Shown here: piece by piece, positions 47,342-57,764 of the stretch
How positions within the stretch are numbered: position 1 is the stretch's first letter
Layout: each line of letters starts with the position of its first letter
NCBI GenBank assembly: GCA_041661605.1
Contig: JBAZUE010000001.1
Coordinates: 66,786 to 128,483, forward strand
Source of the DNA: Candidatus Omnitrophota bacterium
GTDB lineage: Bacteria > Omnitrophota > Gorgyraeia > Gygaellales > Profunditerraquicolaceae
Direction of reading: 5' to 3'
Length of the DNA stretch: 61,698 bases
Made by a program: the position numbers and the translations under genes
The notes under the pieces: generated by a model
The model's input: the letters and a program-made list of their open reading frames with translations, nothing else
Database searches by the model: none
What the model was told of the DNA's origin: nothing

Positions 47342-48254
47342 TCAAAGCGAATGTGAATTTTGCGGTGGTAAAAAAGCAACTGTAATTAATACTTATAAAC
47401 ATTATTGGGTCTATTGTACAAATTGCGGTAATATCGTCCGGCGCCGAAAAAAGACATATTTGCTGGAGTTTATCCCGAAGAGTATTTTTTTAAAGCTGCC
47501 GAAAGGGAAAACTTTATTTTCAATGTTAAATAGAAACAAAGATAAGGATGCTTTTTACGATTATTATCTTGGGGATAATCAGGGGCAAGGTATAGTAAGG
47601 AGGACTAAATGGGAAGGGGAGCTGGAGAGCTTAACCAAAGAATTGTCAAGATTTGATATTTCTCTGCAAAATAAAAGGGTGTTGGATATTAGCGGCGGCC
47701 CTGGATTTTTGGTCCAAGATTTAAAAAACATATGCAAGGAGGCGGTGGTTACAGAATACAGCCAGGTTGCAGTTGATAGAATGAAAGACCTGCTCAAGGT
47801 GAATGCTGTAAAGTTTGATTATGATACAGACAAGATAGGAAAAGTTGTAAATGGTAAATTTGATATTGTGCTGATCAGGGCTTCAATTAACTTTTGCCTT
47901 GATATCAGAAAGATGCTGGTTTCACTTAAAAACATTCTGCATCAGGATAGTATTGTCTATGTGTCGTTTACGCCGCCGACATTAGGGGCTTGTTTAAGAT
48001 GGCAGTTTGACGATTATACATATCATATATTGTATAATCCGGAAACATTGGCGCGTTTATTCGCCGAAGAGGGCTTAGTCGCGTTCGCCAAGTATGAAAT
48101 GGCCAGATACCACTATCTTAGGGGGCGGCATCTTCGTTTCTTGCCGCTGATGATTCCATATCAAATCATTAATAGCGCAAAAAACTGCAACAGAGAGCTT
48201 ATGCAGAAATGCCTGGTTATGATTTTTAGAAAGAATCCCAGCGCAGCTTGGTAG
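47334..48254 (+). CDS. Class I SAM methyltransferase with N-terminal Cys4 knuckle
   Basis: CEFC...CTNC, VLDISGGPG and FDIVL. Start ATG 47334. Confidence 0.7.
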   Translation: MNNQSECEFCGGKKATVINTYKHYWVYCTNCGNIVRRRKKTYLLEFIPKSIFLKLPKGKTLFSMLNRNKDKDAFYDYYLGDNQGQGIVRRTKWEGELESLTKELSRFDISLQNKRVLDISGGPGFLVQDLKNICKEAVVTEYSQVAVDRMKDLLKVNAVKFDYDTDKIGKVVNGKFDIVLIRASINFCLDIRKMLVSLKNILHQDSIVYVSFTPPTLGACLRWQFDDYTYHILYNPETLARLFAEEGLVAFAKYEMARYHYLRGRHLRFLPLMIPYQIINSAKNCNRELMQKCLVMIFRKNPSAAW

Positions 48255-48313
48255 AATTTCAAAAGCATCATATTTCTTGACTTTTTCTGACTACTTGGTA
48301 GAGTATATGTTCA

Positions 48314-48673
48314 ATGAATGAACAACCCCTAAAAGAAGAAACTTTCTTGATTTTCAAGGAGTTAGAGGCCAGCCCAAATGCTACCCAAAGGGATATTTCC
48401 AGCCGTCTGAACATCTCCTTAGGTAAAACTAACTATCTCCTGCGCGAACTCATCCTAAAAGGCTTTATCAAAGCTAAAAATTTCACTGACAATCCCGGAA
48501 AGCTAAGAAAAATCCGTTATTTACTGACCGAAAAAGGTTTAGAAGAGAGATTCAGGCTTCTTAAGCATTTTTTGGAGGTAAAAGAGGCAGAATACAATAA
48601 ATTGAAGCAGGAATGGGAGCGCTTGCTTAATAATAAAGCAGTTGAGAAAGCCAAAGAGGAAATATGCAAGTAG
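48314..48673 (+). CDS. MarR-family EPS-associated transcriptional regulator
   Basis: TQRDISSRLNISLGKTNYLLRELILKGFIK...RYLLTEKG. Confidence 0.85.
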   Translation: MNEQPLKEETFLIFKELEASPNATQRDISSRLNISLGKTNYLLRELILKGFIKAKNFTDNPGKLRKIRYLLTEKGLEERFRLLKHFLEVKEAEYNKLKQEWERLLNNKAVEKAKEEICK

Positions 48674-49350
48674 TAATTTTAGCAGGCGGTAAGGGAATGC
48701 GGCTTAGGCCGATCACGAAGCTAGTGCCAAAGCCTATGGTGCCTATTTTAGGTAAGCCTTTTTTACAATATCAGCTGGAATTTGCCAGATCTTTAGGCCT
48801 AAAGCGGTTTTTGTTTTTAACCGGCTACCTGGGTGATCAGATAAAAAAATATTTTGGGGATGGCAAAAAATTCGGGGTAAAGATTGATTATTCCCGCGAA
48901 AAAAAGCTTTTGGGAACCGCTGGCGCATTAAGGAATGCAGCGCCTAAATTAGACAAAGAGTTCTTGCTTTTAAACGGCGATACTTTTTTACCTATTGATT
49001 ATAACAAGTTGATAAAATATTTTAAACAATGCGGCAGGGTTGGCATGGTTAGTGTTTATGATAATGCAAAAAAGATTGTTGCGAATAATATCGCGGTTGA
49101 TAAGTCTGGCCTGGTCATTAAATATGATAAAGAAGATCATAAAGGAATGGTTTGTGTCGATTCCGGAGCAGTGGTATTTAAAAAAGAGGTCCTAAGTCTT
49201 GTCCCCGCCGGAGAGTTTTGTTCATTAGAAAATGATGTTTTTGGTAAATTGATTGAAAAAAAAGAGCTAATGGTTTTTACTAATAGCCAAAGATTTTACG
49301 ATATGGGTAGTTTTCAGGGGTTAAAAGTTTTAAAAGATAAATTAAAATGA
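48664..49350 (+). CDS. Sugar-phosphate nucleotidyltransferase (HddC-like)
   Basis: ILAGGKGMRL, PKPMVPI, LGTAGAL, NGDT and YDMG. Confidence 0.8.
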   Translation: MQVVILAGGKGMRLRPITKLVPKPMVPILGKPFLQYQLEFARSLGLKRFLFLTGYLGDQIKKYFGDGKKFGVKIDYSREKKLLGTAGALRNAAPKLDKEFLLLNGDTFLPIDYNKLIKYFKQCGRVGMVSVYDNAKKIVANNIAVDKSGLVIKYDKEDHKGMVCVDSGAVVFKKEVLSLVPAGEFCSLENDVFGKLIEKKELMVFTNSQRFYDMGSFQGLKVLKDKLK

Positions 49351-49405
49351 TTAACATTGAAATTATTTAACCACAAAATTATGTGCAGGGCTAGAAAGGA
49401 TTAAA

Positions 49406-50374
49406 ATGTCAACTCAAACGCCTTTTATTGCTCTTATTGGGCTGGGGAATTGGGGGGAGAATCTTTTGCGTAACTTTTATGAATTAGGTGTTTTGCATAC
49501 AGCTTATGATATCAACAAGGCTGTTATGGAAAACAGGAAGCAGAAGTATTCTGATTTAAGATACGCCCAATCAATAGATGAAATCCTTTCTTCATCTAAA
49601 ATTACGGCAGTGGCGATTGCCGCCTCGGCCGCGGCGCATTATGATTTAGCCAAACGCGCGATATTGGCAGGTAAAGATGTGTTTGTGGAGAAGCCGCTTG
49701 CGCTTACGGTCAAACAGGGCCGGGAAATTGTGGCTTTAGCTAAATCTCACAAACGCGTGTTGATGGTGGGGCATATTTTACAATACCATCCGGCGGTGCT
49801 AAAACTTAAAGAAATGATTAAGGCAGGCCAGTTGGGTAAGATCCATTATATCTATTCTAACCGTCTTAATATCGGCAAGCTGCGGGTAGAAGAAAACATC
49901 CTTTGGAGTTTTGCTCCGCATGATATCTCAGCGATTCTGATGCTTTTGGCAGAGGAGCCGGTGCGGGTGCATGCTTTCGGAGCTGATTATGTTAATAAAG
50001 GTATTAATGATGTTACGCTGACAGAGTTGGAATTTTCTGATGGGGTAAAAGGCCATGTTTTTGTTTCCTGGCTGCATCCGTTCAAGGAGCAAAAGCTGGT
50101 TGTAGTCGGATCCAAAGGCATGGCTGTTTTTGATGATGTGAGCAAGGAGAAACTTCTTTTCTATCCTCATACCATTGAGTGGAAAGAGGGTAATATTCCC
50201 GTGGCTCAGAAAGCGCATTATCAGGTCATTCCGGTTGAGGCCGGGGAACCGCTTAAATTTGAATTGCAGCATTTTGTGGAGTGTGTGGCTTCACGCGCTA
50301 AGCCCCGTACTGACGGAGAAGAGGGTTTGCGTGTTTTAAAGATCCTGGAGAGCGCGGAAAAAAATCTGCGATAG
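49406..50374 (+). CDS. Gfo/Idh/MocA oxidoreductase (WbpB/WlbA-like)
   Basis: [23 protein letters not shown] and WSFAPHD. Confidence 0.85.
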   Translation: MSTQTPFIALIGLGNWGENLLRNFYELGVLHTAYDINKAVMENRKQKYSDLRYAQSIDEILSSSKITAVAIAASAAAHYDLAKRAILAGKDVFVEKPLALTVKQGREIVALAKSHKRVLMVGHILQYHPAVLKLKEMIKAGQLGKIHYIYSNRLNIGKLRVEENILWSFAPHDISAILMLLAEEPVRVHAFGADYVNKGINDVTLTELEFSDGVKGHVFVSWLHPFKEQKLVVVGSKGMAVFDDVSKEKLLFYPHTIEWKEGNIPVAQKAHYQVIPVEAGEPLKFELQHFVECVASRAKPRTDGEEGLRVLKILESAEKNLR

Positions 50375-50387
50375 GGAGGTATTTGCT

Positions 50388-50975
50388 ATGGAAAACACAA
50401 AACCGGTTAATTATTTTAAGCATGAAAGTGCTTTTGTGGATGACGGGGCCTTGATTGGGGAGGGTTCAAAGATCTGGCATTTTTCCCATGTGCTTAAGAA
50501 TACAAGAATAGGAAAAAATTGCATTCTTGGCCAGAATGTGATGGTGGGCCCGGATGTGACTGTTGGTGATAAATGCAAGATCCAGAATAATGTTTCTATT
50601 TATAAAGGGGTGATCCTGGAGGATGAGGTTTTTTGCGGGCCATCATGTGTGTTTACTAATGTTTATAATCCGCGCGCGTTTATTGAACGTAAAGATGAGT
50701 TCCGGCCTACTTTGGTCAAACATGGCGCAACCATCGGGGCGAACGCGACAATCGTCTGCGGAGTTACTATCGGCCGCTATGCTTTAATTGGAGCAGGCGC
50801 GGTGGTAAAAAAAGATGTGCCGGATTATGGTATCGTAGTTGGTGTGCCGGCGGTATTAAAAGGTTGGGCCTGCCGTTGCGGGGTAACGCTTCCTAAAACC
50901 AAAAAGCCTGTTTTAACCTGTCCGTCATGTAAGTCAGGGTATAGAGTATCAAAAAATATTCTCAGCGCTATTTAA
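50388..50975 (+). CDS. Hexapeptide-repeat N-acetyltransferase (WbpD/WlbB-like)
   Basis: [28 protein letters not shown] and GANATIVCG. Confidence 0.9.
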   Translation: MENTKPVNYFKHESAFVDDGALIGEGSKIWHFSHVLKNTRIGKNCILGQNVMVGPDVTVGDKCKIQNNVSIYKGVILEDEVFCGPSCVFTNVYNPRAFIERKDEFRPTLVKHGATIGANATIVCGVTIGRYALIGAGAVVKKDVPDYGIVVGVPAVLKGWACRCGVTLPKTKKPVLTCPSCKSGYRVSKNILSAI

Positions 50976-50987
50976 GAAAGGGAATCA

Positions 50988-52124
50988 ATGCCAATTCCGA
51001 TGTTAGATCTTAAAACCGAGTATCTTTACATGAAAGATGATATTGATGCCGTGTTATTCCGGTGCCTTGACCATCAGCGCTGGATCTTGGGTCCGGAGGT
51101 TAATGAGTTTGAGAAAAAAATCGCCTCTTATTTAAATGTGCCTGATTGTATCGGCTGCTCTTCAGGAACCGAGGCTTTAGTCCTGGCTCTTAGGGCGTTG
51201 GCTATCAAACTTACGGGAAAAGAATATTTTGAACGTAAACATCTAATCCTGACAACGCCATTTACTTTTATCGCTACAGGGGATGCGATTTTACGTTCGG
51301 GGGCTACGCCTATTTTTGTAGATATCGATTCCAATACTTATAACGTTGATATTTCTCAGCTTAAAGCCTGCGTAGAAAAGATTCCTGATATTATCGGCAT
51401 AATCCCGGTGCATCTTTACGGCAGGCCATGCGCGATGGATGAAATTATGGATTTGGCGGCCGCTAAGAAACTTTTTGTCGTGGAGGATGTGGCTCAAGCT
51501 TTCGGAGCTTCGGATAAAGGCAGGAAACTTGGAGCAATCGGTGATTTTGGTTGTTTTTCTTTTTTTCCGTCTAAAAATCTGGGCGGGTTTGGTGACGCGG
51601 GAATGGTCGCTGCCAAAGATAATCAGTTGGCTGAACTTGTGCGGATGCTGACTAAGCATGGCGGAAAGGATAAGAATAACGCTGATCATATCGGTTATAA
51701 TAGCCGCTTGGATACATTGCAGGCGGCCATTTTAACTGCCAAATTTAAATATGTTGATGAGTTTAATGCCCGGCGCCGCAAGATCGCGTTGCTTTATAAT
51801 GAAGGGTTAAAGGGGGCCGCAGGCATTAAAACTCCTGAAATTATCGATGGCCATGTGGTGCATCAGTATACTATTTGCGCGCCGTGCCGCGATCAAATGC
51901 AGTCTGAGCTTAAGAAATCCGGCATTCAAAGCATGATTTATTATCAGCATCCTTTGCATACTATGAAGGTGTTTAAGGATAATAACGCGCGGATTTTTGG
52001 TTCGCTGGCAAACGCGGAAAGCGCCGCGCTCCAGGTCTTGAGCCTTCCGATAGATCCTTTAATGAATAAGGCGGCGATAGATGAAGTAGTTGGGGTGATT
52101 AAGAAACAGGTAACTAAGGGTTGA
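50988..52124 (+). CDS. DegT-family aminotransferase (WbpE/WlbC-like)
   Basis: VHLYG, EDVAQAFG, SFFPSKNLGGFGDAG and NSRLDTLQAA. Confidence 0.88.
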   Translation: MPIPMLDLKTEYLYMKDDIDAVLFRCLDHQRWILGPEVNEFEKKIASYLNVPDCIGCSSGTEALVLALRALAIKLTGKEYFERKHLILTTPFTFIATGDAILRSGATPIFVDIDSNTYNVDISQLKACVEKIPDIIGIIPVHLYGRPCAMDEIMDLAAAKKLFVVEDVAQAFGASDKGRKLGAIGDFGCFSFFPSKNLGGFGDAGMVAAKDNQLAELVRMLTKHGGKDKNNADHIGYNSRLDTLQAAILTAKFKYVDEFNARRRKIALLYNEGLKGAAGIKTPEIIDGHVVHQYTICAPCRDQMQSELKKSGIQSMIYYQHPLHTMKVFKDNNARIFGSLANAESAALQVLSLPIDPLMNKAAIDEVVGVIKKQVTKG

Positions 52125-52125
52125 T

Positions 52126-52746
52126 ATGATCGCAATCGTTGATTATGGAATGGGTAATTTGGGTTCGATCCATAATATGCTGCAACGGCTGGGGATTGTT
52201 GGTATCTCGACTAAAGATCCGGATCAGATTAGGGATGCTGAAAAAATTATTTTGCCCGGAGTGGGTTCCTTTGATCAGGCGATGAAGAACCTTAATGATT
52301 TGAATTTAACGGGAATTCTTAATGAAAAAGTACAAAAATTAAAAACCCCGGTTTTGGGAATATGCCTGGGGATGCAGCTAATGACTAAAGACAGCCAGGA
52401 AGGTTCTTTGCCTGGCCTGGGATGGATAAATGCCAACACTATGAGATTTAATTTTTTGTCTTTAGGTCCGGTTTTAAAAATCCCGCATATGGGTTGGAAT
52501 ACGCTGAAAATAAAAAAGAATGTTGCGCTTTTAGCGGATTTACCGTTAAATCCGCGGTTTTATTTTGTGCACTCATATCATGTAGTTTGCAATGATCCGC
52601 TTGATATCGCCGCAACGACAGATTACGGGTATGATTTTATTTCGGTTCTGCAGCATGATAATATTTACGCGGTGCAATTTCATCCGGAAAAAAGCCATCA
52701 GTTTGGAATGCAGGTTTTAAAAAATTTCGCACAACGCCCATGTTAA
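52126..52746 (+). CDS. hisH: HisH-like glutaminase subunit (glycan amidotransferase partner)
   Basis: DYGMGN, LPGVG, GICLGMQ, PHMGWN and QFHPEKS. Confidence 0.85.
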   Translation: MIAIVDYGMGNLGSIHNMLQRLGIVGISTKDPDQIRDAEKIILPGVGSFDQAMKNLNDLNLTGILNEKVQKLKTPVLGICLGMQLMTKDSQEGSLPGLGWINANTMRFNFLSLGPVLKIPHMGWNTLKIKKNVALLADLPLNPRFYFVHSYHVVCNDPLDIAATTDYGYDFISVLQHDNIYAVQFHPEKSHQFGMQVLKNFAQRPC

Positions 52747-53516
52747 TTCCAAGGATAATCCCATGCCTGCTGCTTCAGGGCGCAGGATTGGTAAAAACTA
52801 TAAAATTCAAGAATGAGAAATATATCGGTGATCCGGTGAACGCGATAAAAATATTTAATGAAAAAGGCGCCGATGAGCTGATTTTTCTAGATATTATGGC
52901 AAGTATAGAAAATCGCAAGCCGGATTTTGCTTTAATCTCCCAGGTAGCCGCGGAGTGTTTTATGCCGGTATGCTATGGCGGTGGGATAAAAGAGATAGAT
53001 GATGCCAAAAGAATTTTTAACTCCGGCATAGAAAAGATATCTTTGGGGTCGGGGGCGATAGAGAAACCGGAATTTATTAGAGAGCTCGTTAGGATCTTCG
53101 GGAGTCAAAGTATTGTCGCCTGCCTTGACGTAAAGAAGAATTTGCTTGGTAATTATGAAGTTGTGATACATAGAGCTCGAAAGAAAACAGGATTAGAGCC
53201 GTGGGCCGCGGCGAAAAAGATGCAGGATATGGGGGTGGGCGAGCTTTTAATTAATTCAGTTGATCGGGACGGAACTATGTCAGGATATGATCTCGGTTTA
53301 ATGCAAAAAATAACGAAAAACATCAGTATTCCGGTAATTGCCTGCGGCGGAGCCGGGAACCTGAAGCATATAGCCGAAGTAATTAATGAGGGAGGGGCTT
53401 CTTCAGGCGCAGCCGGCAGCTTGTTTGTTTTTCATAGCAAGCGTCGCGGCGTGCTCATTAATTATCCTGATAGGGAGCAGATCGATAGTTTGTTTAAAAG
53501 GATGGAACATGCCTAA
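52740..53516 (+). CDS. hisF: HisF-like cyclase subunit (AglZ/HisF2 type)
   Basis: PRIIPCLL, YIGDPVNA, ADELIFLDI, DRDGTMSGYD and ACGGAG. Confidence 0.85.
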   Translation: MLIPRIIPCLLLQGAGLVKTIKFKNEKYIGDPVNAIKIFNEKGADELIFLDIMASIENRKPDFALISQVAAECFMPVCYGGGIKEIDDAKRIFNSGIEKISLGSGAIEKPEFIRELVRIFGSQSIVACLDVKKNLLGNYEVVIHRARKKTGLEPWAAAKKMQDMGVGELLINSVDRDGTMSGYDLGLMQKITKNISIPVIACGGAGNLKHIAEVINEGGASSGAAGSLFVFHSKRRGVLINYPDREQIDSLFKRMEHA

Positions 53517-54624
53517 AGATAATTACACTATTTGTACGCGCTGTGTAATGGACAATAGCGATAAAAGCATTAATTTTAACGAAAACGGCGTATGTAATTA
53601 TTGCCGGGAATTCGAACAAAAGAAATCATTATATGTCCTCAGTGAGGCGGAATCTAACCGCAGGCTCCAGCGTTTGGTTAGTAATATTAAAGTCGCAAGC
53701 AAAGGCAGTGAATATGATTCTGTAATTGGTCTAAGCGGAGGAGTTGATAGTTCCTATGTGGCGTATTTAGCGTATAAACTCGGCCTAAAGCCGTTGGCTA
53801 TCCATTTTGACAACGGGTGGGATTCCGAAGTTGCCGTAGCCAATATTAAAAAGATTGTCGATAAATGTGGCTTTGACCTGGAAACTTATGTCATCGACTG
53901 GCCTGAATTCCGCGATTTACAGCGCTCATTCATTAAAGCTTCGGTGGTCGATATTGAAATGTTGACTGATCAGGCGATCTGCGCTGCGATGTTCCATTTT
54001 GCCAAAAAATACAAGATCAGATATATTCTTAGCGGATCCAATTACGCGACTGAGCATGGGATGCCGCAAGTTTGGACATGGCACAAGCTGGACGTGGGAA
54101 ATATTAAAGATATCCACCGCCGGTTCGGCGAATTAAAGCTTAGAACATTCCCTTTTATGGGTTTTTTTGAATTTGCGCTCCGGCGCAGAATAGGCAGGCG
54201 CATTGAGTATATTGAGTTGCTGGATAATGTTAATTACAAAAAAAATGAAGCAATTGATATTTTAAAGCATGAGTTTGATTGGAAATATTATGGCGGTAAG
54301 CATTATGAGTCGGTGTTTACTAAGTTTTACCAGGGTTATATCCTGCCGCATAAATTCGGGATAGATAAGCGCAGGGCGCATTGGTCGTCTCTGGTGCGTA
54401 ACCAGGAGATAACCCGGGAAGATGCGCTCAAGGAATTGGTTAAGCCGTTTTATGAGGTATCTGAGTTAAAAGTAGACAGGGAATATGTGTTGAAAAAACT
54501 CGGTTTTAGCGATCAGGAATTTGATTTGATTATGAAAGCACCGGAGGTGGGGCACCAGGCGTATTATTCCAGCTGGTGGATTTTTGAATTTTTCTCTAAA
54601 GTTTACAAAGATTTCCGGAAATAA
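53509..54624 (+). CDS. N-acetyl sugar amidotransferase (WbuX/WbpG/PseA-like)
   Basis: CTRCVMD, CNYC, SGGVDSS (PP-loop), HFDNGW and YGGKHYES. Start ATG 53509. Confidence 0.88.
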   Translation: MPKDNYTICTRCVMDNSDKSINFNENGVCNYCREFEQKKSLYVLSEAESNRRLQRLVSNIKVASKGSEYDSVIGLSGGVDSSYVAYLAYKLGLKPLAIHFDNGWDSEVAVANIKKIVDKCGFDLETYVIDWPEFRDLQRSFIKASVVDIEMLTDQAICAAMFHFAKKYKIRYILSGSNYATEHGMPQVWTWHKLDVGNIKDIHRRFGELKLRTFPFMGFFEFALRRRIGRRIEYIELLDNVNYKKNEAIDILKHEFDWKYYGGKHYESVFTKFYQGYILPHKFGIDKRRAHWSSLVRNQEITREDALKELVKPFYEVSELKVDREYVLKKLGFSDQEFDLIMKAPEVGHQAYYSSWWIFEFFSKVYKDFRK

Positions 54625-54639
54625 TTAGCTAAAGGGAGC

Positions 54640-56070
54640 ATGCCTGAAATGTCTGTATTATTAATCCGTCCTCAGACCCCGGATACCAGCCGCACCGGAC
54701 TGGTATCAGTTCAGTATCCGATCAATATCGGGTATCTGGTGTCATATTTAAAAAAGAACTCTATAAATTGCCTGGTAAGGGATTATGAGGTTGAGAATTT
54801 TTCCGAGCCCGAGTTTATTGAATATATCCGCAAGACTAAACCGACGCTGGCAGGTTTTTCTTGTATGACGCCCCATATTTTACATGCCGCCCGGATGGCC
54901 AGTATTATAAAATCGAATTTTCCTGATATTAAAACGGTGGCCGGAGGAGTGCATCCTTCTGCTATCCCGGAACAGACTTTAAGAGAATTCTCTCAATTTG
55001 ATATGGTGATTGCCGGTGAGGGAGAGCGGACATTGGCGCAGCTTTATAATAAAATTACGTCATCCGGAAGCTTAAACGATGTAGAGGGGCTGGTTTTTAG
55101 AAACAATAACGGAATTATTATTAATCCCAAGAGGCCTTTAATTGAAGACTTGGATGAAGTTCCTTTTCCCGACCGAAATGTTGTAAACTTTGATTACTAT
55201 AAACGCAGCCATGTCAGCAAAGGGTTTAGCCGCAGCGTGATTAAAATCGCAGAAATGATTTCTGCTCGGGGATGTCCCTATAATTGTATTTTTTGTGCCA
55301 GTAAAGTAGTGCATTCCAATAAAGTGCGTTTCCGCAGCCATGCCAATATCATTGCTGAAATAGAGGAACTGGTTGATAAATACAAAATAGAGCACCTTTC
55401 TTTTTTAGATGATACTTTTACTATCAAACAGGATATTCTCGAGCCCGTCTGTAATTTTATTAAAGAAAAGAAACTGACTTTTGATTGTTTTACCAGAGTT
55501 AATGATATTGATGAGGAAAAGATACGCCTAATGGTAAAAAGCGGGTGTAAGAAAATCAGCTTTGGGATTGAGTCCGGTAGCCCCAAAGTTCTTAAACTGC
55601 TTAAGAAAGGCATCACTTTACCGCAAATCAAGGAAGCATTCCGGTTGTGCAGAAAATCCGGTTTATCTAAGCTTGAAGGGACTTTTATGGTGGGCAGTCA
55701 TCCTGATGAAACCTTGGAAGATATTGAAATGACTAAGAAATTGATCTTTCAATTGCAGCCAGACATTATGGGGGTATTTGTTACGATCCCTTTCCCGGGC
55801 ACAGAATTCAACCGGATTTTAAAAGAACGTAAATTCTTATTAAACGAAAACTGGGAAGAATTTAGCCTGCTATTCGGGAAACCTTCCTGGAAATCCGGTG
55901 AGGTTTCTTCGGAGGATCTTAAGAAAATAGTAGAGAATATTATCTATAAGTATTATTCGAATCCGCTTCTTTTAGTAATGAATTTGATGAAAATTAGAAG
56001 CTGGAAAGAGTTAAAGTATTGGTTTTCCCTAGGCGTTTCTTTTATAAAGGCCAGAAAAGTCTTGAGATAA
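54640..56070 (+). CDS. B12-binding radical SAM protein
   Basis: PINIGYL, GGVHPS, GEGERT, ARGCPYNCIFC, FLDDTF and GIESGS. Confidence 0.9.
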   Translation: MPEMSVLLIRPQTPDTSRTGLVSVQYPINIGYLVSYLKKNSINCLVRDYEVENFSEPEFIEYIRKTKPTLAGFSCMTPHILHAARMASIIKSNFPDIKTVAGGVHPSAIPEQTLREFSQFDMVIAGEGERTLAQLYNKITSSGSLNDVEGLVFRNNNGIIINPKRPLIEDLDEVPFPDRNVVNFDYYKRSHVSKGFSRSVIKIAEMISARGCPYNCIFCASKVVHSNKVRFRSHANIIAEIEELVDKYKIEHLSFLDDTFTIKQDILEPVCNFIKEKKLTFDCFTRVNDIDEEKIRLMVKSGCKKISFGIESGSPKVLKLLKKGITLPQIKEAFRLCRKSGLSKLEGTFMVGSHPDETLEDIEMTKKLIFQLQPDIMGVFVTIPFPGTEFNRILKERKFLLNENWEEFSLLFGKPSWKSGEVSSEDLKKIVENIIYKYYSNPLLLVMNLMKIRSWKELKYWFSLGVSFIKARKVLR

Positions 56071-56085
56071 AAGGTATATAATTCT

Positions 56086-56113
56086 TTGAATTTCCAATGG
56101 TTTATGATAAAAT
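56086..56113 (+). promoter_or_regulatory. Possible extended -10 promoter
   Basis: TTGAAT (56086-91), 16-bp spacer, TG-a-TAAAAT (TAAAAT at 56108-13). AAGGAG upstream of 56152. Confidence 0.4.
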
Positions 56114-56151
56114 ATTTCACTCATGATTGCAATAAAAAGGAGAGATAGGAT

Positions 56152-57165
56152 ATGGGTAAAAGGGTATTGATTACCGGTATTACCGGTATGGTTGGTTCGC
56201 ATTTAGCTGATTTCTTGCTGGAGAATACCGGGTGGGATATTTACGGTATGTGCCGGTGGCGCAGCCCTTTAGATAATGTCCAACACCTGATTCCGCGGGC
56301 TAACAGTAAAGATCGGTTGTATTTTATTTATGGCGATCTGTGCGATTATATTTCATTGCAGAATGCTGTTGCGGAAAGCCGCCCGGATTACGTATTTCAT
56401 CTGGCAGCGCAAAGCTATCCGCTTACCAGCTTTGGTTCTCCTTTGCAAACCCTGGATACTAATATACTGGGTACTGAAAGGTTGTTGGAGGCATTAAGAA
56501 AATGCCCGGATATTAATCCGGTTATTCATGTCTGTTCTTCTTCGGAGGTTTTTGGCAGGGTTCCAAAAGAGAAACTGCCGATCAACGAAGAATGTTCTTT
56601 TCACCCGGCATCGCCTTACGCGATTTCAAAAACCGGCACGGATTTAGTCGGACGGTTCCATGCCGAAGCATACGGCCAAAAGATTATTGTTACACGGATG
56701 TTTACGCATACCGGCCCCCGCCGCGGAGATGTTTTTGCTGAATCTACTTTCGCCAAACAAATCGCTATGATCGAACAGAATATGATCCCGGCGGTAGTCA
56801 AAACCGGTAATTTAGATTCTTTGCGTACCTGGGCGGATGTGCGGGACGCGGTAAGGGCGTATTATGTGTTGGTTACGGTCAACCCGATACCGGGAGAATA
56901 TTATAATATCGGCGGCACCTATACTTGTACTGTCAGGGAGATGCTGGATTACCTACTTTCTATTTCTACAGTTAAACACATTAAAGTGGAGGCGGAAAAA
57001 AGCAGGATGCGGCCTTTAGACGCCGATTTACAAGTCCCTGACATCAAGAAATTCAAAGACCATACCGGATGGGAGCCGCAAATACCTTTTGCCAAAACCA
57101 TGCAGGACCTGTTGGATTATTGGAGAGACAGGGTAAAATCAGGGAAGCAATTTTTAACCCGTTAA
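56152..57165 (+). CDS. GDP-mannose 4,6-dehydratase-like
   Basis: ITGITGMVGSHL, HLAAQS, SSSEVFG, SPYAISK, RMFTHTGPRR and GNLDSLRTW. Confidence 0.8.
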   Translation: MGKRVLITGITGMVGSHLADFLLENTGWDIYGMCRWRSPLDNVQHLIPRANSKDRLYFIYGDLCDYISLQNAVAESRPDYVFHLAAQSYPLTSFGSPLQTLDTNILGTERLLEALRKCPDINPVIHVCSSSEVFGRVPKEKLPINEECSFHPASPYAISKTGTDLVGRFHAEAYGQKIIVTRMFTHTGPRRGDVFAESTFAKQIAMIEQNMIPAVVKTGNLDSLRTWADVRDAVRAYYVLVTVNPIPGEYYNIGGTYTCTVREMLDYLLSISTVKHIKVEAEKSRMRPLDADLQVPDIKKFKDHTGWEPQIPFAKTMQDLLDYWRDRVKSGKQFLTR

Positions 57166-57167
57166 AA

Positions 57168-57764
57168 ATGAAATCGATTATTGATGATCCCAGACTAAAT
57201 TCAGCGCAATGCACTTCTTTGGTGCCGGTTGAGAAGGTGCATGAGAACCCGTGGTTTTACGTTTTTAACCGCGGAGGCTATTTTACTATTGAGAATAAGC
57301 ATCCCCAGGTCCTTATTCTGCCCATTGTCGATAATAATTCTGTAGTTATAGTCAGGGTCAAACGACCGGTCATTGTCGATAATACCTTGGAGTTACCGGC
57401 CGGGGGCGCAAAGGCCGGTGAATCTCCAGAGCAGGCGGCGCAGCGGGAGCTATCGGAAGAAACCGGGATTTATATTGCCGATTTAAGAAGATTTCAGCTT
57501 CAGCTTCCACTGGTTTTAATGCCCCGGATCCCGGACTTGGCCCGTATTTATTTAATCCATCTTACTCAAAAAGAGTTCGACGCCAGGAGTAAGCATGATG
57601 ATGAGATTTTGTCGGTTGAGTGTTTTTCGTTCCGGGAAGCTTTAAAAAAGATTGAAAATAATGAAATATACCTTGGATATCAAATTGCCATATTGATGCG
57701 TTTTCTTTTACAAAACCATCAAGTGGCATTAACAGGCATAAAAAAGGAAAAACTAAATGCGTAA
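57168..57764 (+). CDS. NUDIX hydrolase
   Basis: Nudix box GGAKAGESPEQAAQRELSEETG. Start ATG 57168. Confidence 0.85.
   Translation: MKSIIDDPRLNSAQCTSLVPVEKVHENPWFYVFNRGGYFTIENKHPQVLILPIVDNNSVVIVRVKRPVIVDNTLELPAGGAKAGESPEQAAQRELSEETGIYIADLRRFQLQLPLVLMPRIPDLARIYLIHLTQKEFDARSKHDDEILSVECFSFREALKKIENNEIYLGYQIAILMRFLLQNHQVALTGIKKEKLNA

Noticed and set aside
52126-53516. Histidine biosynthesis operon
   Set aside because: No other his genes are present, and the pair is coupled to an N-acetyl sugar amidotransferase, the known glycan-type context.
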